Shown: in pieces, positions 26,635-39,635 of the stretch | Layout of the letters: every line of letters begins with the position of its first letter | Position numbering within the stretch: position 1 is the stretch's first letter | From: the human T2T-CHM13v2.0 reference genome, Homo sapiens | Length of the DNA stretch: 64,000 bases | Assembly: GCF_009914755.1 (NCBI RefSeq) | Contig: NC_060927.1 | Reading direction: 5' to 3' (one strand) | The notes under the pieces: model-generated | Told to the model about the DNA's origin: nothing | Seen by the model: the letters and a program-made list of their open reading frames with translations, nothing else | Database searches by the model: none | Program-made: the position numbers and the translations under genes

Positions 26635-29600
26635 TCTTTTTTAAGTTTTTAATTTTTGGGGGTATATAGGAGGTGTATATATTTATGGCATTAATGAGAG
26701 ATTTTGATATGGGCATGCAATGCATAATAATCACATCAGGATAAATGGGGTATGCATCACCTTAAGCATATGTTTTTTGTGTTACAAATAACCCAGTTAT
26801 ACTCTTTCAGTTATTCTAAAATATACAACTAAATTATTATTGACAAGAGTCACCCTGTCATGCTATCAAACACTAGCTCTTATTCATTCTTTGTGACTGT
26901 TTTTTGTACCCTTTAACTATCCCTACACCACCCTACCCCTTCCCTTCTCAGCCTCTGATAATTATCCTTCTACTCTATCTCCATGAGATCAATTGTTTTA
27001 ATTTTTAGCTCCCCTAAATAAGTGAGAATATGCAAATTTCATCTTTCTGTACCTGGCTTATTTCACTTAACATAATAATCTCCAGTTCCATCCATGTTAT
27101 TGAAAATGACAGGATCTCATTCTTTTCTATGGCTGAATAGCATTTCATTGTGCATACGTACCACATTTTCTTTATCCATTCATCTGTTGATGGACAATTA
27201 GGTTGCTTTCAAATCTTGGGTATTATGAATAGTGCTGCAGTAAATGTGGAAATACAGATATCTCTTCCATATACTGATTTCCTTTCTTGTGTATATATAC
27301 TTAGCAGTGAGATTGCTGGATCATATGGGAGCTCTATTTTTAGTTTTTTCCAGAAAACTTCAAACTGTTCTCCATAGTGGTTGTACTAATTTACATTATC
27401 ATCAACAGTGTACAAGAGTTTACTTTTCTCTACATCCTTGCCAGCATTTGTTATTGCCTGTCTTTTGGATATAACTGGGGTGAGATGATATCTCATTGTA
27501 GTTTTGATTTGCATATTTCTCGTGATCAATAATGTTGAGCACCTATCCATATGCTTGTTTGCAATTTGTATGTCTTCTTTTGAGAAATGTCTATTCAGCT
27601 TTTTTGCCTATTTTTTAATCAGATTATTATATTTCTTTCCTATAGAGTTATTTGAGCTCTTTGTATAGTCTGGTTATTAATCCTTTGTCAGATGAGTCGT
27701 TTGCAAATATTTTTTCCCATTTTGTGGGTTGCCTTTTCACTTTATCAATTGTGCCCTTTGCTGCACAGAAGCTTTTTAATTTGATGTGACTGCATTTGTT
27801 CATTTTTGCTTTGGTTGACTGTACTTGTGCAGTATCATTAAAGAAATCTTTGCCCAGACCGGCATCCTGGAGAGTTTCTCTAAAGTTTTTTTTTTTTTTT
27901 GAAGTATTTTTATAGTTTAGGACTTAGGTATAAGCCTTTAATCAATTTCGATTTGATTTTTGTATATGGCAAGAGATAGGATTCCAATTTAATCTTCTGC
28001 ATATTTATATCCAGTTCTCCCAGCACTATTTATTGAAGAGTCTTTCTTTTCCCCAATGTATGTTTTTGGCACGTTTGTCAAAAATGAGTTCACTGTAGAT
28101 GTGTGGATTTGTTTCTGGGTTCTCTATTCTGTTCATTGGTCTATGTGCCTGTTTTTATGCCAGTAACATGCTGTTTGGTTACAATAGCTCTGTAGTATAA
28201 TTTGAAGTCAGGTAATGTGATGTCTTTAGTTTTGCTATTTTTGCTTGGGATAGCTTTGGCTATTCTGGGTCTTTCATGCTTCCATATAAATTGCAGGATT
28301 ACTTTTCCTATTTTGGAGAAGAGTGTCATTTGTATTTTAATATGGATTGTGTCAAATCCGTAGACTGCTGTGGGTAGTATGGACATTTTAACAATATTTA
28401 TTCTACTAATCCATATACATGGAATATCTTTCAATTTTTTGTGTTCTCTTTCTTGCATCAATGTTTTATAGTTTTCATTGTAGAGATCTTTTACTTCTTT
28501 GATTATTTCCTAGGTATTTAATTTTATTTATAGCTATTGCAAAATAGGATTACTTTATTTCATTTTTAGATTGTTCACTGTTGGCATACAGAAATGCTAC
28601 TTATTTTTGTATGTTGATTTTGTATCCTTCAACTTTACTGAATTTATCAGCCCTAATATTTTTTTTGACAGAGTCTAGGCTTTTCCAAATAAAGGGCCAT
28701 ATCATCTGCAAACAAGGATAAATTGACTTCTTCCTTTCCAATTTGGAAGCACTTTATTTTTTCTCTTTTCTGAGTGCTCTAGCTAGGACTTCCAGTACTA
28801 CATTGAATAACAGTGGTGGCAGTGGGCATCCTTATTGTGTCCCGAATCTTGAAGGCTTTAAGCTTTTCCCCATTCAATATGACACTAGTTATGGGTCTGT
28901 TTTATATGACTTTTATTATGTCAAGATATGTTCCTTCTATACCCAGTTGTTTGAGGGTTTTTATCATGATGGGATGTTTAATTTTATCAAATGCTTTTTT
29001 AGTATCAATTGAAATGATCTTATGATTATTGTCCTCCCTTCTGTTGATATGATGTATTACATTGACTGATGTGTGTGTGTTAAAACATTCTTGCGCCCCT
29101 AGGATAAATCCCACTTGGTCATGATAAATGATCTTTTTAATATGTTTTCGAATTTGGTTTGCTAGTATTTTGTTGAGGATTTTTCTGTAAATATTTATCA
29201 GAGATATTGGCCTGCAGTATTCTTTTTTTGATGTGTCTTTTTCTGTTTTTGATATTACGGTAATACTGGCCTTATAGAGTGAGTTTGGAAGTATTCCCTC
29301 CTCCTCTATTTTTCAGAATAATTTGAGTAGGGTTAGTATTAGTTATTCTTTAAATGTTTGGTAGAATTCAGAGTGAAGCCATTTGTTCCCAGGCTTTTTT
29401 TTTGCTGGGGTACTTTTTATTATGGCTTTGATCTTGTTACTTGTTATTGGCCTGTTCAGATTTTGGAATTCTTCATGGTAAATGTTGATAGGTTTTTAGT
29501 ATCTAGGAATTTATCCATTTCTTCTAAATTTTCTAATTTATTGTCATGTAGTTGCTCATAGTAGCCACTAATGATCATTTGAATTTCTGCTGTATCAGTT

Positions 29601-32600
29601 GTAATGTCTCCTTTTTCATCTTTTTTTTTTTTTTTTTATCTATTTGGGTCATCTTTTTTTTTTGTGGTTAGTCTGGGTAAAGGTTTTCTGATTTTGTTTA
29701 CCTTTAAAAAATAACTTTTTAAAATTTATTTTTGTATTGTTTATTTCAAATTCATGTATTCATTTATTTCTGCTCTGATCTTTATTATTTATTCTACTAA
29801 TTTTGGGTTCAGTTTGCTTTCAATCTTCTACTTCTTTAAGATGCATTATTAGGTATTTATTTGAAGATTTCTTCTTCTTCTTTCATATTTTATTTTATTT
29901 ATTTTATTTTTTTTGAGGCACGGTCTCACTGTCACCCAGGTTGGAGTGCTGTGGCATAATCTTGACTCACTGCAGCCTCAACCTCCTGGGCTCCAGCCGT
30001 TGTGCCAGCTCAGCCATCTGAGCAGCTGGGACTACAGGTGCATGCCACCACAGCTAGCTATTTTTGTGTGTTTTTATTTTTTTGTAGATTTGGAGTTTTG
30101 TCATTTTTTGTTGTTGTTGTTTGATGTAGGTGCTTATGGCTATAAACTTCCCTCTTAGTACTGCTTACCCTGTGTCCCATAGTTTTTGTGGTATGTTGTG
30201 TTTCCATTATAATTTGTCTCAACACGTTTTTCAATTTTCTTCTCAATTTCTTTATTAACTCACTGGCCATTAAGGAGCATATTGTTTAGTTTTCATGTGT
30301 TTGTATAGTTTTTAAAATTCCTCTTGTTGTTGATTTCTAGTTTTATTCCACTGTGGTCAGAGAAGATGCTTGATATTATTTAAATTTTTTGAATGTTTTA
30401 AGACTTGCTTTGTGACTTAACATATGGTCTAGCCTCGAGAATAATCCATTTGCTGAGGAGAAGAATGTGTATTTTGTAGCCACTGGATGAAATGTTCTGT
30501 AAATATCTATTAAATGCAGTTGCTCTATAGTGTAGGTTAAGTACGATGTTTGTTTGCTGATTTTTATGTCTGGAATATCTGTCCAATCTTGAAAGTGGGA
30601 TGTTGAAGTTTCCAGCTATTATTGTATTGGGGTCAATCTCTCTCTTTAGCTCTAATAATATTTGCTTTATATTTTTGGCTGCTCCAGTGTTTGGTGCATA
30701 TATATATATATGTAATTGTTGTATCTTCTTGCTGAATTGACCTCTTTATCATTATACAATTATAATTCTTTGTCTCTTCTTATAGATTTTGTCTTGTAAT
30801 GTATTTTGTCTATTATAAGTATAGCTACTCCTCTTTTTTCATTTCCACTGGAATGAAATTACCTTTTTTCTTCCCTTTATTTTTAGTCTGTGTGTGTCTT
30901 TATAGGTGAAGCATGTTTCTTGGAGGCAACAGATCAACGTATCTTTTTTTAAAATTCATTCTGTCACTCTATGTGTTTAGATCGGAGGGTTTAATTCATT
31001 TACATTCAATGTTATTATTGAAAAGTAAGGACTTACTCTTGCCATTTTATTCTTTGTTTTCTGGTGGTTTTTCCTTCTTTCCATCTTTCATATTTTTCTT
31101 TTAGTGAAGATGAGTTTCTTCTTCTCTAAAGATGAGTGGTATGATTAGTGATTTAATTTCTTGGTTTTTACTTTTTGTATATTTGTTGTATGTTTTTGAT
31201 TTGAAGTTACCATGAGACTTACAAATACTATCTTATAATCTATTATTTTTAACTAATGACAACTTAACCCTGATTGCATAAATAAACAAACAAGAAAAAA
31301 GAAAACTAATAAAAGCTCTACAGTTTAACTTTTTCTCCCCCCCACTTTTGACCTTTTGGTTGTTTCTACTTATATCTTGTACTGTGTCTTGTAAAGTTGT
31401 TGTAGTTATTATTTCTGATTGGCTTATCATTTAGTCTTTCTACATAAGATAAGAGTAGTTTACATACCACAATTACAGTGTTATAATATTTTGTGTTTTT
31501 CTGTGTATTTACTATTACCAGTGAGTTTTGTATCTCCAGATTTTTATTATTGCTCATTAATATTCTTTACTTTCTGATTAAAGAGCTCCTTTTAGCATTT
31601 CTTTTATGATAAGTCTGGTGTTGATGAACTCCCTCAACTTTTTTTGTCTGGAAAAGTCTTTATTTCTCCTTTATGTTTGTAGAATATTTTAGCTGTAGCT
31701 AAAGTCAGCCAGGCTTGTGTTCTTCCCTTCAGGGTGGTGAGTTTCCCTAGGCCCCCAAAGGGGTCCAGAGATGCCATTTTTTATTCCAGGAACTGGAGTA
31801 AATAAACCATAGAAATTTACCTGGTGTTCTATTCTACTACAGCTAAGTTGGCACTGAAACTGCAAGACAAAATCTTTCCCACTCTCCTTCACTTTTCCAC
31901 AGGAACAAGAGCCTCTTCCCTTGGCCACCACCACCATAGACCCACAGTGGGTGTTGCCAGTCTCCTGCCAATGTTTACTTAAGGACCAAGCACTATTCAG
32001 TTAGTTTGTAATGAATGCTGCCAGGCCTGAGACTCACCCTTAAGGTCAGTGGGCTCCACTTTGGCCCAGGGCTGGTCCAGAAATGCCAACTAAGAGTCAA
32101 GGCCTGGAATCAGGGATCCTAAGAGCCCTCTTCGTTCTCTACCCCACTGTGGCCAAGATGGTACCTAAGGTGCACGACAAAGTCCCCTTTACTTTTCCCT
32201 CTGCTTTTCTTAAGCAGAAATAGTCTCAGCCTAGCCACTGCAGCTAGGAATATGCTGGGTTTCACCTGAAGCCAGCCCATTTCAGAGTCTCACCCAAGGC
32301 CCATGGTGTGCTTACCTGGGTATCAGTGGTGGTTTTTCAGGGCCCAAGGGCTCTTTAGTTAGTAGGTGATGAATCTTGCTAGAACAGGTACCTTCCTTTC
32401 AAGGAAGAGGGTTTCCTTCTGGCCCAGGATGTGTCTAGAAATGTCATCTGGGATATAGGGTTTGGAAGAGGGAATTCACAACTCTGCCCCATGCCTTTCC
32501 CTACTGTGGCTGAGCTGGCATCCAAAATGCCAGATAAAGTCTTTTGTATGCTTCCCTCTCCTCTCCTCAAGAGGAAGGAATGAATCACTTTTGTTGATGA

Positions 32601-33235
32601 GAGTTGTGCTGCCAGGTGCTGGGGGAGGGGTGGCACAAGCACTTTTTTAGCTGCCCTGGTTGGTGTCTCAGTAGGTACATGCCTGCCATGTTTAGCCCAG
32701 CCTAGCACTGGAATTTGCCTAGAAATGGCAGTCCTTGTAGCCAAGACAGCTTTTCAGGTTTATTTAGCAACCCAGAGCAGTTTAGCCCATGGTTTTGTGG
32801 CTTGGAACTCAAGTTCCAACCACTGAAATGGGTGATTCTCCTCTGCCTGTGGGTGGTCAAAATCCTCCCCCCATGGGTAGGCATCAGCTGAGTTCTGCTC
32901 AGCTCTGCTTTCCACTGGGACAGGGCAGCACCAAATTCAATACAAGGTCCCACAATCTCTGCACTCTCCCTTCCCCAACTACACAGATTCTTCATGCCAT
33001 GTGACCTCTACTGGGTGGATGGAGGAGGGATGGCATTGGTGATTCAAGACTGTCTTTCCTACACTCTTCAGTGCCTCTTTCAGTGATATGAAGTTAAATC
33101 CAGGTACTGTAATTACTCACCTGATTTTTGGTTCTTATAAATATGTTTTTTTGTGTGTGTATAGATAGTTGTTAAATTTGGTGTTCCTGCAAGGGTGGGC
33201 GATTGGTGAAGGCTTTTATTCTGCACCTTGTTTTG
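26635..33235 (-). mobile_element. Near-full-length old L1 (L1MA2-3-like 3' end): decayed ORF2, most of ORF1 deleted, repetitive 5' UTR
   Basis: ORFs 28141-28461 (DIPCIWISRINIVKMSILP...[14 protein letters not shown]) and 28902-29114 ([11 protein letters not shown]...[13 protein letters not shown]) are ORF2p RT; L1MA-type 3' UTR at 26640-27100; ORF1 3' end about 31550-31690; GC-richer 5' UTR 31690-33235. Confidence 0.9.
29882..30103 (-). mobile_element. Truncated AluJ-like inserted in L1 ORF2
   Basis: gcagcctcaacctcctgggctc AluJ-type right arm; left arm mostly missing. Confidence 0.85.
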
Positions 33236-34099
33236 CCCATGATCCACACTGCTTTTTGACTGTGGGTCTTCAGATGATCAATTTCTCAATAGATTCATGC
33301 AAATTAGACTTTTTAGAGACTGACTTAAAAGCAACAATACCAGCATATCTCTTTATAAAGAAAAAAGTAATGGCCACATGGACCAGATCACTGGTTGTGG
33401 GCACATTGACAGTCTCTGTTGCACACCCTGAGAGGATACCAGGGTAAAACCAGGAGGCTTTTCATTAGCCTGGAGAGAAGCTGGCTGGTGATAGGGGAAG
33501 TTAGTTGATAGTTTTAATATGTAATGCTACGAACTAATGATAACTTGATGTAGCTATCTCTGCTCTAGGGCCATATATATGCGAAGGACACTGGCAACTT
33601 GACCTTGATTGATGGTATTTTTTCCCCTCGTCAAGCTTGGAGATTCAAGGTTCAATCCTACTTCTATGAAAATTTTGTTTTCATTTACAGAATACCATTT
33701 TCTTGTAATGTTAATGCCACAGATTTGCCAACAGTCAAAATCTTGCTCTTGCATTTTACTGAAGCCTATTTCTAATCTCAAGCCATTCTGAGCTGACTTT
33801 CCTAATTTCTCTACTAAGGTATACCTTAATGTTTTGGAGAGTTTTACTACTCTCAATCCATGTTTTCAGATAAGAGAAGGTTTACAACAATCGTTTCCTT
33901 GTTTGGAAATTTTAAATAGCTTTGGTATTTACCCTATTAACATGGCATTGAACATGATATGAACAGATATGTATGCTATTATGTATGTTAGCAAATACTG
34001 TATACTTATAGTTGACTATAAACACAAAGGCAATAGCTGTTACTTATCAAGCCTGTATCTTCTGTTGGGAACTGCCATTTATTATGTAACTACAACTCT

Positions 34100-34280
34100 A
34101 ACAGGAGATATTTCATTCATTTCTCATGACATTTTTGTAAGGTAGATATTAACATCCCCATTTTACAGAGAAGCAAACTGAGTTAGATTGAGTTTAAATA
34201 ACTTACTCTAGGTCATATAGATGGTAAGTGATGGGTATAGATTTTGATATCTGTGACAAAAATCTCATATTCTTTCCAAT
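34100..34280 (-). mobile_element. MIR SINE
   Basis: catccccattttacagagaagcaaactgag...aaataacttactctaggtcatatag...ggtaagtgatgg. Confidence 0.8.
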
Positions 34281-34789
34281 TCCTTACCTTCCATATGGTG
34301 CCTCATCTAATAAATGCAGCTAATGGTTATTTATTGTGGTTAAGATTCTATTAGGAATATATAAGCTGTATTATAGAAGTGTGACTTGTGGACACATAGG
34401 AGCCAGATAATCTCTAGTAGTCTACAGGTTTGATGGAAGAAAATCTATCAGTATTCCAATCTAACAATGTCTTGACTGAGAATTCCAACCTTTTTTCAGA
34501 ACAATTTTTGTGCTCTAATACCTTTTTTTTCTCATTAGAGAGGCCATAATCCAATTTAAACAACTTTGGACATTATACAAAATAGCTTCTCAAGTTATTT
34601 CTATTTACCACATGAGTCTGTATGTACTAGAAAATTGTGTGAGTTTTTTAATCAAACATAATTAAAGTATTCATTATGTAATAATATTTTATCCTGTTTA
34701 ATAGGGAAAATAATTACACTCAAATTTAATTCCTTATGAAGGAGATAGTTCTGAATTAACAGATTTCCCAATCTCTTAATAATAATCAA

Positions 34790-36422
34790 GATCTTCTAGC
34801 TATCCATACCTGTGATACACCCGGCACTGTTTTTGGCAATGTGGTATTACATAAACAAAACATACAAGAATACCGGATGTCATAAAACTTAACTTCTTGT
34901 AAAAGGCTACAGAAAATTTTTTAAAAACACAATTAAGAAAATTATGTCATAATTACAACCAGTAAATATTATAGAAAAATAATTTTAAAAGAACAGGAAA
35001 GAAAAAGTGAGAATGCTGAGACATTCTCACTGAGTATTATGTGAATTGGTTAGAGTAGACTTCACTGAAAAGAAGAGTATTGAATAAATGAAGACAAATA
35101 GAGTTAATCAGGCAAATATCTGGGAAAGAGAATTTCAATAAAAGCAATAGCTTCAACAAAGGCTTAAAATGGGAGCAATGAAAAGCAAAAAGGTCAATGA
35201 GCTTGGAGCGAAGAGAGGGAGAGAGAAAAAAAGTTGTAGGAGACAAGATAGAGAACCAGAGGCCAAATCATGTAGGCATTTGTTGGCCCTTATAAGGACT
35301 TTGGCATTTACTCTGAGTGAACAAGGATTATTGGTGGTTTGGGGCAGAAAACAATATTTGACTTACATTTTAAAAGATCACTCTGGACACTCTGGATAAT
35401 ATGTTGAAGATAACCTACAGAGAGATAAAAGAAAAATCAGTTAGGCAACTACTTTAATAACTCCTTAATGTGATAATGGTGTCTTCGATAAGAGAAATAG
35501 CAGGCAGATGGGGAGAAGCATGCAGATGATAGACATGTTTAAAATTAGAGTCAACAAGATTTTCTGATGAATTGAGTATGAAGCATAAGAGACACAGAGA
35601 AGTCAAGGGGGACTCCAACGCAATTGGCCTGGACAATTTCGATGATTATCATCCACTGAAATGAAGAAGGCTGTGAGTATAAGATGTTTCAGGGGAGGGA
35701 GAAAGATGAGGAGTGCAGTATTTGAAGATGTTGAATTTGAGACATTTAGTGTATATACAAGTGTGTATGTGTTGGTACACAGTTGGTGTACAAGTCTAGA
35801 ATTTGAGAACAAAATATGGGCTAGAGTTTTACATTTGGTATTTTGGGGGATGTAGATGGAATATTAAAGCCCTGAGACTGAATGGGATCATGTAGGGAGT
35901 AAGTGTAAATAGAAAATCAAGTACAACAAAGGGACCAAACCTCTAAATACTCTAACATTTGAAAATTGGAAAGGAGGCCGGGCGCAGTGGCTCACGCCTG
36001 TAATCCCACACTTTGGGAGGCTGAGGCGGGTGGATCACGAGGTCAGGAGTTCGAGACAAGCCTGGCCAACATGGTGAAACCCCATCTCTACTAAAGATAC
36101 AAAAAATTAGCCAGGCATGGTGGTGTGCGCCTGTAATCCCAGCTACTCAGGAGGCTGAGGCAGGAGAATCGCTTGAACCTGGAGCTGGAGGTGGAGGTTG
36201 CAGTGAGCCAAGATTACGCCATTGCACTCCAGCCTCGGTGACAGGGTGAGACTCCGTCTCAAAACAAAACAAACAAAACGTGAACAAATAAAAAGAAAAC
36301 AGAAAGGAGAGAAGGAATAAGCAGTAGACACTGAGAGTGAACAACTACTCAGGTAAAAAGAAAATTGAAATTGCGTGGCATCCTAGAAGCCAAGAGTACA
36401 CAGTGCGTCAAAGAAGAGGTAG
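34790..36422 (-). mobile_element. L2 LINE (interrupted by Alu; resumes about 39020-39170)
   Basis: ggccaaatcatgtaggc...taaggactttggcatttactctgagtg...ttttaaaagatcactctgg...gaagccaagag; continues tgttgctaataggtcaag...tagcaacctggaggtcttgg. Confidence 0.85.
35976..36294 (+). mobile_element. AluS (Sg-like), full length
   Basis: ggccgggcgcagtggctcacgcc...gatcacgaggtcaggagttcgagac; degenerate TSD gaaaa...GAAAGGA. Confidence 0.95.
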
Positions 36423-38073
36423 GATTTTCATATCTGACTGTAATGAACAAAATTGCAAAACACTATCCCTTTCATACAAACCAAAACAAACTAGGTAAGC
36501 TACCAAAATCACTGATTAAAAAAAGTCATCAGAAGCTTCAGATATAAAGGAACATAAATTAATTAAATGTCAGAAAGTAATGAGGAAAGCAAAGGCTCAT
36601 AGTTGTTCTTAAAACCAGAAGTACAAGGGAAGAGGAAGAATATGATATAGATGTCCATAAGAGCTTAAGTCAGATTAACTTTCAACAGACTTCCATTGGC
36701 CACATGGCATGTCAGATTAGAATTCTGAGGAGTCTAGTCATACAGCAGGTCTACATCAACTGGCCAACAGTTTTCAACGAGTGTTTGTAAGTATACAGGT
36801 AGTAAGCTAAAGGCTGGAGATAAAGAAGAAAAGCTGAGAGAGACCCCTGCTGAGGCATGCCGGATCTCTGTGTATGGCCTGTTCTGTGCAGGCCAGGGCA
36901 CAGCCCACCGTACTGTAGAGGCTGGATACGTGATAGTAAAGCTAAGAGAAATCCATCTGGGGCACTTGTCTGAAGACTGAAGAGCAGAAGGTCTGAGAAA
37001 GATTTTCTGTGAAGCAGAAAACTGAGGGCAGGAATGAAGAGTAAAGTGACTTCCACAAAGCTCCAGAAGCTGGCAATCTGGCTGTCAAGCAGAAGATTTT
37101 CCATTGTTTGGAATTCTGTCAAAGAATAAGAGCTGTCTGTAATATCACCAGTTCCTTGCAAAAAGAAAAAATCCTGATCCCACCTTTAAAATATTATACT
37201 ATTGCTGCAAGAAAAACCAGATTCAGCTCAAGTACAGATAAGATTGACTCAGCAGCCTGACGGAAGAAAGGGTGTGCCTGTTTCTGGAGGTGAATATTAT
37301 TCAGTTCAGTCTCTAATGTCATTTTATACAAAAGTTACATTATAAAATAAAAAACCATAAGACATTTAAAAAATGAAGAAAATGTGATTTATGTTAAATA
37401 GTAAATAGGAAATAGCAAAGATAAATAGATAGGGAGATCGCTCAGACATGGTAATTATTAGAGAGGAACTTTAACACAGCTTTGATGGGGTCTGCTGGAA
37501 GAGATTAACATCATGCACGAAGATATGAAGTATTTCTCCAGAGAGATGAAAACTATAAAAAAGAATGAAAAGAAAATGCTAGAATTTAAACAAAACGGTG
37601 AAAAATAAAAAATTTATCAGATGGAGCAACATAACAGCAGTCTAGAGGGTGGGATAAGTGAACTTGAAAGGCAGGTCAATAGAATGTATCCAAACAGAAA
37701 CACAAATAAGGAATATAAAAGATGGAACAAAGTAGAGCAGAACAACTAAGCTCTGTGGGACAATATCAAGTAGCCTGACACGTAATTGAAGTCCTGCTAG
37801 GATAGGAAAGAGATAATGGGGCAGAAAAATATGTTTAAGGGAATAATAGACAAGAATATTCCAACAACAATGAAAGATGGTCAATCCAGAGAGCCAAAGA
37901 CTTCAGCAAACCTCAAGGAGTATAGATAAAAAAAGCATACCTATGTAAAGCATAGTAAAACTGATGAAAACAAAAGATAAGGGGCAAATCTGTAATATAG
38001 TCAAATAAACCCTCCCAAGTATAAGAAATAATCAATGGCACAGTAATCTGTGGTAACTGAAGTCAAAAAGTGG

Positions 38074-38830
38074 TGAAACTGCCTTTGCAAAAATTATAAC
38101 CAAGGAAATTATGACAGTGAAAGAGATCAGACCTAACCGACTCCATCTTGCTTCTAACCTTTAAGTTGTCCTTATTCATTCCTGGGCATAGGCCAAACTA
38201 ACCTTGGGAAGGAATTCAGTTTATGATTTGACTCTGAAACAAAATTGATAATAGCCCTTTCCCCAAAAGACCCCTTTCTTCAATGGGGACCAGTCTGCTT
38301 TGCAGGACTAACAAATTAGCTGCAAGATTAGTAATTATGGTTTAGGGGTTATGCTGCAGCCTCTGGCTGCGAGTCGGAACTTCCTCAAATTGCTCCTGGG
38401 GATAACTAATAACTATTACAAAACCTAAGATCAGTGCTTGAGATATGTTGCAGACCCTGCACTGGATGCATTCAGCTGGTGCATCCAGTGCAGGGTCTGC
38501 AAAATATCTCCCACCCAGACCGATAATCTGGTTCAGCCAGTTCTGTGATCCCACCCAGGAACAGAAGACAGCAAGAAAACCTCACTTCGACCCCCTGTGA
38601 TTCCATCTCCAACCTGACCAGTCAACACTCTCCACTTTGCCAGCCACCAAATTATCTTTAAAAACTTTGATCCCTGAATGCTTGGGGAGACTGATTTGAG
38701 TAATAATAACACTCCAGTCTCCTATGCAGCTGGCTCTGTGTATATTACTCTTTCTCCATTGCAGTTCCCCTGTCTTGATAGATCGGCTCTGTCTAGGCAG
38801 TGGGCAAGGTTAACCTGTTTGGTGGTTCCA
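38074..38830 (+). mobile_element. ERV1 solo LTR (LTR8/LTR8A-like)
   Basis: tgaaactgcctttgcaaaaattata...gactccatcttgcttctaacc...ggggagactgatttgagtaataataa...ggttcca; TG...CA ends; 4-bp TSD GTGG/GTGC. Confidence 0.9.
38440..38510. repeat. 31-bp inverted repeat (1 mismatch, 9-nt loop) within LTR8
   Basis: GAGATATGTTGCAGACCCTGCACTGGATGCA-ttcagctgg-TGCATCCAGTGCAGGGTCTGCAAAATATCTC. Confidence 0.97.
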
Positions 38831-39590
38831 GTGCACCTCTGAAGAGTATGGAGATTGACCAAAATGTGACACAGAGGAACTTTCTGGGTGATGGAAGTGT
38901 CCTGTATCTTGTTTTGGGTAGTCTTCATGTGAATATCTACAACTGTCAAAACCCATTGAACTATACACATCAGATATGTGCGTTTTATTTTACTCCTTTT
39001 TTTTTTTAAAAAAAAGAAAAATATGAGAAAGCATTATCGACTATGCTAAGTGTTGCTAATAGGTCAAGTTAGAAAAGGACTAGAAATCTGCCTGTGAATA
39101 TAGCAACCTGGAGGTCTTGGTTATCTTGAGGAAAGCAGTTTGGATAAAGTGTTGGAAACAAAAGCCTGATTTCTTAAGAAGACATTTACCCTCTTCTTCT
39201 GTACCATTGGCTAATTTGTTGTAAAGATAAGCTTCATGGAAAATCCTCAGAAAACATGAGTGTTCTCATTCCTAAACATTCTCTTTTTAAACAGAAGAGT
39301 TTTGATAGACATGTTAATGGTTTAGATTTTTAAACTCTCAGCTCCTTCCAGGTAATCTCAGCCAGTGTTAGGGATCTATTCTTCAAATTCCCAAGAATTT
39401 CTTTCCAGCTTAATTAAAAAAAATGAATACAGAAATGTGAAAATTGACTGAAGTTTATAGCAGCTTTGTAGATTTTGATAAGCTGGCTATAATGATAACT
39501 CTTTGGTTAAGGATATCAAACATATGAAGAGCATAAAACTTGGGGATTTGCTATCCTTGATAAATGTTGTCTTTATTCAGACAGTCCTTC

Positions 39591-39593
<3 letters not shown>

Positions 39594-39634
<41 letters not shown>
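39594..39634. repeat. (AC)~20 microsatellite
   Basis: Direct reading. Confidence 0.97.

Positions 39635-39635
<1 letters not shown>

Larger units (their letters stand above)
36423..39010 (+). mobile_element. Ancient L1/HAL1-like element: 5' region, ORF1 remnant and L1ME-type 3' end, no visible ORF2
   Basis: ORF1-like nucleotide motifs (gataagtgaacttgaa...ctgtgggacaatatcaag...taattgaagtcc...atagtaaaactg) at 37500-38000; 3' end ggaactttctgggtgatggaagtgtcctgtatcttg...gtcaaaacccattgaact at 38870-38990. Confidence 0.65.
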
